Of a stretch of 64,000 bases of DNA, positions 58,779 to 64,000 are shown in pieces. Below the pieces are notes generated by a model. The model did not search any database and was not told the DNA's origin. It saw only the letters and a list, made by a program, of their open reading frames with translations. Position 1 is the stretch's first letter. The number at the start of each line of letters is the position of its first letter. Made by a program: the position numbers and the translations under genes. The stretch is taken from assembly GCA_001804285.1 (NCBI GenBank), contig MHFR01000016.1, forward strand, positions 13,975 to 77,974, written 5' to 3'. This DNA comes from Candidatus Danuiimicrobium aquiferis (GTDB lineage: Bacteria > Omnitrophota > Omnitrophia > Omnitrophales > Danuiimicrobiaceae).

Positions 58779-60190
58779 GTGATGTAGTCGGTAAACTGTG
58801 GGGATTTTGTCACACATTAAGGCATGACGGCGTTGATTATGGCGATTACATTGAACAACTGACCTATCTTCTTTTCCTCAAGATGGCGGATGAAAAAGGC
58901 GCCGATATTCCAAAAGAATATTCGTGGTCGGCATTGCGTGAGAAATCGGGAACCGAATTGACGGAATTTTATATCGATGCTTTGAGAGGCCTCGGAAAAC
59001 AAAAGGGAACGCTGGGCGATATTTATGCCGGAGCCATCTCAAAGTTTGCGAATCCGGTTAATCTCAAAAAGCTGATCAATCTTATCGATGAAACCGAATG
59101 GACAACTCTCAATGTAGATATCAAAGCGGCGGCTTATGAAGGACTGCTTGAGAAATCGGCGTCGGAAGGCAAAAAAGGAGCCGGTCAATATTTTACGCCG
59201 CGCATTCTGATTCAATCAATTGTGAAGTGCATGAAGCCGGATCCGCGAAAGGCAAAAGACTTTGTTATTCATGATCCTGCTGCCGGAACAGGCGGCTTTT
59301 TGGTTTGTGCTTATGAATGGCTGATGGGCGTGACAAAAGGAAGCCTTGAGCGCGACGATGCCAAGCGAATTACGAATAAAGTTTATACCGGCACTGAACT
59401 TGTCGCCCGTCCCCGGCGGCTTGCATTGATGAATTTGTATCTGCATGGCATTCATGCTGATATCTATCTTGGGGATTCGATCTACGAACCTCTGAAAAGT
59501 GCAAGATATGATTGCATACTCACCAATCCGCCTTTTGGAACGAAAGGCGCCAATCAAGCGCCGGAGCGTGGCGATTTCACGATTTCGACAAGCAATAAAC
59601 AGCTCAATTTCATTCAGCATGTCGTGAATGTTTTAAAACCCGGCGGCCGCGCCGCAATGGTTTTGCCGGATAACTGTCTCTTTGAAGACAAAGCGGGTGA
59701 AGTGCTGGAAATTTTGATGCAGGACTGCAATCTACACACGATTTTGCGTCTCCCACGCGGTACGTTTACGCCGTACAGCCAAGGCGTCAAAGCCAATGCG
59801 ATCTTTTTTCAAAAAGGCGCAGCTACCGAAAACGTTTGGATTTTTGATGCGCGCTCGAATGTCGAAGGCATTACCAAAAAAGACCGCCCGCTTTCCGAAA
59901 AACATTTTGAAGAATTTGTAAAGTGTTACGGCAATGAGCCGAACGGGCAAAGTAAGCGGACAGATTCAGGGCCCGAAGGCAGGTTTAAAAAATTCCATAT
60001 CAGCGAAATTAAAGAACGCAAGTACAAGCTCGACATTACATGGCTTAAAGACGATTCTCTTGAGGACAGTGACGAACTCCCCGAGCCGCAGGACTTAGCC
60101 AGTGAAGCCATCACCGAACTCGAAGCCGTGGTCGACAATCTCCGGGAAATTATCGATCTTGTGGAGAAAGAAGAGGGTATTGAGAAATGA
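58775..60190 (+). CDS. hsdM: Type I m6A methyltransferase M subunit
   Basis: GQYFTPR, DPAAGTGG, NPPF. Confidence 0.95.
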   Translation: MSDVVGKLWGFCHTLRHDGVDYGDYIEQLTYLLFLKMADEKGADIPKEYSWSALREKSGTELTEFYIDALRGLGKQKGTLGDIYAGAISKFANPVNLKKLINLIDETEWTTLNVDIKAAAYEGLLEKSASEGKKGAGQYFTPRILIQSIVKCMKPDPRKAKDFVIHDPAAGTGGFLVCAYEWLMGVTKGSLERDDAKRITNKVYTGTELVARPRRLALMNLYLHGIHADIYLGDSIYEPLKSARYDCILTNPPFGTKGANQAPERGDFTISTSNKQLNFIQHVVNVLKPGGRAAMVLPDNCLFEDKAGEVLEILMQDCNLHTILRLPRGTFTPYSQGVKANAIFFQKGAATENVWIFDARSNVEGITKKDRPLSEKHFEEFVKCYGNEPNGQSKRTDSGPEGRFKKFHISEIKERKYKLDITWLKDDSLEDSDELPEPQDLASEAITELEAVVDNLREIIDLVEKEEGIEK

Positions 60191-61530
60191 ATGGCGAACT
60201 TCCGAAGGGGTGGGCATCTGCTCGAATTGGTGAGCTCTGTGATGTTCCGAAAGACAAAGGACATGAAGGCGTTGTGCCCTATTTAGAAATCGGAAATGTC
60301 GACATTAACTCAAAAGAATATACACTCACCGACAAACCTTCGGTAAAAGGGTGTCGAATCGCAAAGAAACATGACGTTTTGGTTTCGAGGGTTAGGCCAA
60401 CGCGTGGTGCAATAACTTGGATTCGCGAAGATGAGCTCGCAGTTTCATCCGCGTTTACTATGTTGCGTAACAGGGGTGCATTTACGGAAAAGTATCTTTG
60501 GCGATATCTCGCATGGAATCAAAACTATTTTGATCATTTAGGCGAGAACTGCACTGGTACGATGTATCCGACCACTTCGGATGATGCTATTATTGATTTT
60601 AAAGTTCCGATTGCTCCGCTTCCTGAACAACATCGACTTGTGGCGAAGCTCGAAGAAGTGCACAGCAAAGTCGAATCATCACAAAAGCGGATTGCGAAAA
60701 TTCCGGTTATTCTCAAACGCTTCCGTCAATCCGTCCTCGCCGCCGCCTGCTCCGGCCGCCTTACTTCTGATTGGCGAGAGAAGGATCCGATTGCTCAGAG
60801 AGAAGCCGATAGGGACGAGATTCCTTCTGGTTGGAAACCAATTTGTGTCGGTGATGTGGTTGAGAATCTTAAATACGGAACTGCGCAGAAGTGTGGGTAT
60901 GAAAAACAAGGGGTTCCTGTGTTAAGGATTCCTAACGTGGTCAACGGTTTAATCGACTGTTCTGATCTTAAATATGCCAAGCTTCCGTCCAAAGAAAGGG
61001 AACAACTCAAGCTGTATGATGGAGATATTCTTCTGATTCGTTCTAATGGAAGTGTATCATTGGTCGGGAGATGCGCGCTCGTTGAAGAAGAATACAGCGG
61101 TTTTGCCTATGCGGGTTATTTGATTCGCATTCGTCCGATTCGCGGACTTGTTGACCCCAAATTTCTGAACTTGGTTCTCGGAAGTTATGACATCCGTTTG
61201 CAAATCGAACTTGAAGCGCGTTCAACGAGTGGCGTGAATAATATCAACAGTGAAGAAGTGAGGGCTTTGCGGTTCTTACTGCCGCCATCAACCGAACAAC
61301 AAGAAATCGTCCGCCGAGTCGAATCATTATTCGCTCTGGCCGACCAAATCGAGGCCCGATTCCAAAAGGCCCAAGCGCAGGTCGACAAGCTCAGCCCGTC
61401 CATCCTCGCCAAAGCCTTCCGTGGTGAACTTGTCCCTCAAGATCCAAATGATGAACCCGCAAGCGTCTTATTACAAAAGATTAAAACAGTCAGAGAGAAA
61501 TCTGGAGGAAAACATGGCCGTACAAAATGA
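60187..61530 (+). CDS. hsdS: Type I specificity subunit
   Basis: Two TRDs with PLPEQHRLV / PSTEQQEIV; SILAKAFRGEL. Confidence 0.93.
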   Translation: MNGELPKGWASARIGELCDVPKDKGHEGVVPYLEIGNVDINSKEYTLTDKPSVKGCRIAKKHDVLVSRVRPTRGAITWIREDELAVSSAFTMLRNRGAFTEKYLWRYLAWNQNYFDHLGENCTGTMYPTTSDDAIIDFKVPIAPLPEQHRLVAKLEEVHSKVESSQKRIAKIPVILKRFRQSVLAAACSGRLTSDWREKDPIAQREADRDEIPSGWKPICVGDVVENLKYGTAQKCGYEKQGVPVLRIPNVVNGLIDCSDLKYAKLPSKEREQLKLYDGDILLIRSNGSVSLVGRCALVEEEYSGFAYAGYLIRIRPIRGLVDPKFLNLVLGSYDIRLQIELEARSTSGVNNINSEEVRALRFLLPPSTEQQEIVRRVESLFALADQIEARFQKAQAQVDKLSPSILAKAFRGELVPQDPNDEPASVLLQKIKTVREKSGGKHGRTK

Positions 61531-62458
61531 AACAAGTCTCACGACATCTCAAACATCAGTTCAGACGGATGCGGGATTCACCTATAAATCAACTCGAATG
61601 TTTGAACCGATACCGCCATCGACCGTAGACCTCCTCTTTTTCAAAAAGTTATATTCCAGTTTGAAAGCATCTACGGACGAAATCGCTGACCACGATATTT
61701 CGAGATTGGTGCAACCGCCTGACCAGACCACCGAACAATTCAACAGCTTTAAGATTTACGCGAAGACTTTATACAAAGTGACAATTCACATCTATGGTTC
61801 GCGCGGGGAGTACATTTTCACTGAAAACCCAGGTATCTTTGATGACCCAAGTCTTCCAGATAGAATAAACCGGGTTATATTTGAGAACTCTACACGATTC
61901 AAAACCTTTGCACAGCGTGAGCCGGTGAATCAATTCCGAATTACATTTGATTTCACGACACCACCCATTTTTGATTTCAACATATCTCCCTCGCTGGCCA
62001 CCCCCGTGAACAGCTCTCTCGACATATTTGGTCAGAATGAAACTTGGGTATCTGGGACTTACAGGAAAGTGGTTGAACTGCTTGGGAATCGAAAGAATAA
62101 ACACGGTTGGCTTCATCGGAATAATGTTTGGGATTTATTCCTTTGGCTTGCCATCATGCCGATAATTTTTAGAATTTTATTTGTGCTCCAGAAATCAATA
62201 ACGCCGCATCTGCCGAACATTTCTGGGGTTTTGAAGGGCGCGATTTATGTTTATGCCTTTTTCCTTCTGCTGAACGCTTTCAGATTCATTTTTAGCTACG
62301 CGAGATGGGTTTTCCCATATCTTGAATTGGAAACGCCGCTAAAAAAGACGAATTTACATCGACTTATCCTTGGAACTATCGTCCTTTCAATCGTAGGGAC
62401 AATGGGTTATGAAGTGGTCATGTGGTGCATCAGAACACTGTGGGGGTTAGACGTTTAA
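61514..62458 (+). CDS. Hypothetical protein, soluble N-domain + about 3 C-terminal TM helices
   Basis: GGAGG before ATG 61514; hydrophobic C-terminal segments. Confidence 0.7.
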   Translation: MAVQNETSLTTSQTSVQTDAGFTYKSTRMFEPIPPSTVDLLFFKKLYSSLKASTDEIADHDISRLVQPPDQTTEQFNSFKIYAKTLYKVTIHIYGSRGEYIFTENPGIFDDPSLPDRINRVIFENSTRFKTFAQREPVNQFRITFDFTTPPIFDFNISPSLATPVNSSLDIFGQNETWVSGTYRKVVELLGNRKNKHGWLHRNNVWDLFLWLAIMPIIFRILFVLQKSITPHLPNISGVLKGAIYVYAFFLLLNAFRFIFSYARWVFPYLELETPLKKTNLHRLILGTIVLSIVGTMGYEVVMWCIRTLWGLDV

Positions 62459-63498
62459 TGAGCGCTAAATTTATTCAATACTTTAAGGATTTGCGAGTTG
62501 AATTTTGCCGCGAATCTGTAAACATCCTTCTGCTGTTTGGAATTATTGCTTCTCTAATCGGCACTATGCTTGGGTCATCGGACACCATTGAACACTTTGC
62601 TTTCTTACACCGGGTATTTGCACCGGAGGTTTATCGGATTGATGCAGGAATCAAGGAACTAACATTTTTCCCGCCAAACGGTAAACATGCCGCATTAAAT
62701 CAGACCGAAACCGGTTTTACTGAAATTCTCGAAATAATTCGACATAATGATCAAGGAGTTCCCCAAAAAATTGTCCAAATTACGAACCGCAAGGAATATC
62801 CCGCTATTTTTTATTGGTCTCACAAAGGTGACCAAAATGCGATATTGTTAGACTTGGTTGAACAAGCAGACGATCAAAGTGAAGTATATCCTGTTAATTA
62901 CACGACGGATGTTTTTCGATGGGTAAACCAAGAACGGATGAAGATACTTGTTTCGCGTGCTTTCATTTGGATTTTTGTAGGGATTTTGTTTGATTTCGTC
63001 GGATGCTTTTTTTGTTTTCGATTGAGACGAAATCGAACAGGAAAGAAAGTTCGGTCGGATGATTCGTCTCAATCAACGAGCAATCGAGGATGCGAATTAA
63101 ATCCGAATTATTGGAAAATTCCAATGGCGATTCTTTTTCTGCTTCTCGGCTATTGGATTATCTATTTCAATAGAAAAAGTCTGTTTTATTTTCCCGCCAA
63201 AGATTCATTTGACGATATGCCGCGCCTTTGGGGTTGTATTGCGGCGAGTTTTATCGGATTCGCTTTTCTCGCCTTTAAAAGTATTCCGAGCAAAAAGACA
63301 ACATTCCCGTGGACGTATTTATGGTATTACCCGGTTTTGTGCATTATTGGGGCGACATTGATCTTTGCAGTGTGTCAATTGTTTGAACGTTCAAACGGTT
63401 ATTTATTTTACTTCCTCGCTTTTCCATTATCATTCATTAGTGCGAATCTCACGGATTACTTTTGGACAGTAATCCTGCATCGGCTATTGAAAGAGTAG
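62458..63498 (+). CDS. Hypothetical multi-pass membrane protein
   Basis: TAATG coupling with the previous gene; about 6 hydrophobic segments. Confidence 0.6.
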   Translation: MSAKFIQYFKDLRVEFCRESVNILLLFGIIASLIGTMLGSSDTIEHFAFLHRVFAPEVYRIDAGIKELTFFPPNGKHAALNQTETGFTEILEIIRHNDQGVPQKIVQITNRKEYPAIFYWSHKGDQNAILLDLVEQADDQSEVYPVNYTTDVFRWVNQERMKILVSRAFIWIFVGILFDFVGCFFCFRLRRNRTGKKVRSDDSSQSTSNRGCELNPNYWKIPMAILFLLLGYWIIYFNRKSLFYFPAKDSFDDMPRLWGCIAASFIGFAFLAFKSIPSKKTTFPWTYLWYYPVLCIIGATLIFAVCQLFERSNGYLFYFLAFPLSFISANLTDYFWTVILHRLLKE

Positions 63499-63662
63499 CG
63501 GACATTGTCAAGCCACCAAGGCGGGAATCCGTTCAAACATTTCAAGGCAGATTTCGGCTTGAGGGGAAACGCAAAACGTTCTAAATTCGTCCAAAAAATT
63601 GACCGAAATCAGGATCATGTCGTTTTCTCCCTCAAAAGCGAATTTCGAATTGAAAGGTTAAC

Positions 63663-64000
63663 ATGACCGAACAAATTCATAATTCATGTGTTCATGATTT
63701 CGAACAGCTGCTTCAATATGTTGCTGAAAACAAGATTGCTCTGACGCCAAAGCAGAGTTTGATTCCTTTGCGGCATATTAAGACGGTTATGCAGCGGTTT
63801 CAGATTCAAGAATCTCACGAGCATTGCATTGGTGATAGGGCTTACAAGACGCGGGATGAAATGGAGTATCCCCGTTTTTATTTTCTGGATCTTTTGGCCA
63901 TAGGGGGAAGACTTCTCAAAATTACCGGTAAGAATTTGCTTGCTAAAGGGCCGAATTGGGAAACTTTTTTTGCCGCGGAACAGAGGGAGAGAGGCTTCCT
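63663..64000 (+). CDS. Hypothetical protein, 3'-truncated (MTEQIHNSCVHDFEQLLQY...)
   Basis: Open to the window end; AAAGG before the ATG. Confidence 0.55.
   Translation, partial: MTEQIHNSCVHDFEQLLQYVAENKIALTPKQSLIPLRHIKTVMQRFQIQESHEHCIGDRAYKTRDEMEYPRFYFLDLLAIGGRLLKITGKNLLAKGPNWETFFAAEQRERGF

Larger units (their letters stand above)
53239..64000 (+). mobile_element. Integrative genomic island at tRNA-Pro (right end outside the window)
   Basis: Integrase directly after the tRNA, followed by R-M and hypothetical genes; TGCTACGTA direct repeat at 53310-53330. Confidence 0.75.

Noticed and set aside
12997-63498. Numerous 60-240 aa ORFs antisense to or overlapping housekeeping genes
   Set aside because: Shadow frames of well-identified genes, without the promoter, RBS or protein-like features seen for 11210-11464.

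Overview
Bacterial chromosomal window; the giant ORF and dense REP/MITE-like repeats suggest an Omnitrophota/PVC-like lineage, which is an inference. 1-12464 is the 3' part of a giant ORF (>4150 aa, open to the left edge). It is divided by 20 copies of a short motif, R-[S/A]-E-[A/V/L]-R (DNA MGN KCC GAA GYN CGN). Between the motifs lie either long, unrelated domain cassettes (TM, TPR-like, HTH-like, three GNAT-like, receiver, histidine phosphatase, SAM methyltransferase) or short 30-56 aa spacers, mostly hairpin/REP-type DNA read in frame. The ORF also contains a complete antisense gene with its own sigma70 promoter and RBS. This motif-delimited, cassette-built polyprotein is the main candidate for an undescribed system. 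The rest is largely housekeeping: rplM-rpsI, AsmA-like, rnc, argCJBDFGH-lysA-dapF-dapA-dapB, two large envelope proteins, uvrA, ftsH-like, hrcA-grpE-dnaJ (its CIRCE operator is split by a MITE), a TPR-metzincin, a trypsin-like protease, gpsA and HU. After tRNA-Pro(GGG) an integrase-headed island carries a type I R-M system and runs off the right edge. Coordinates were counted by eye and domain calls come from motif recognition, not database searches.
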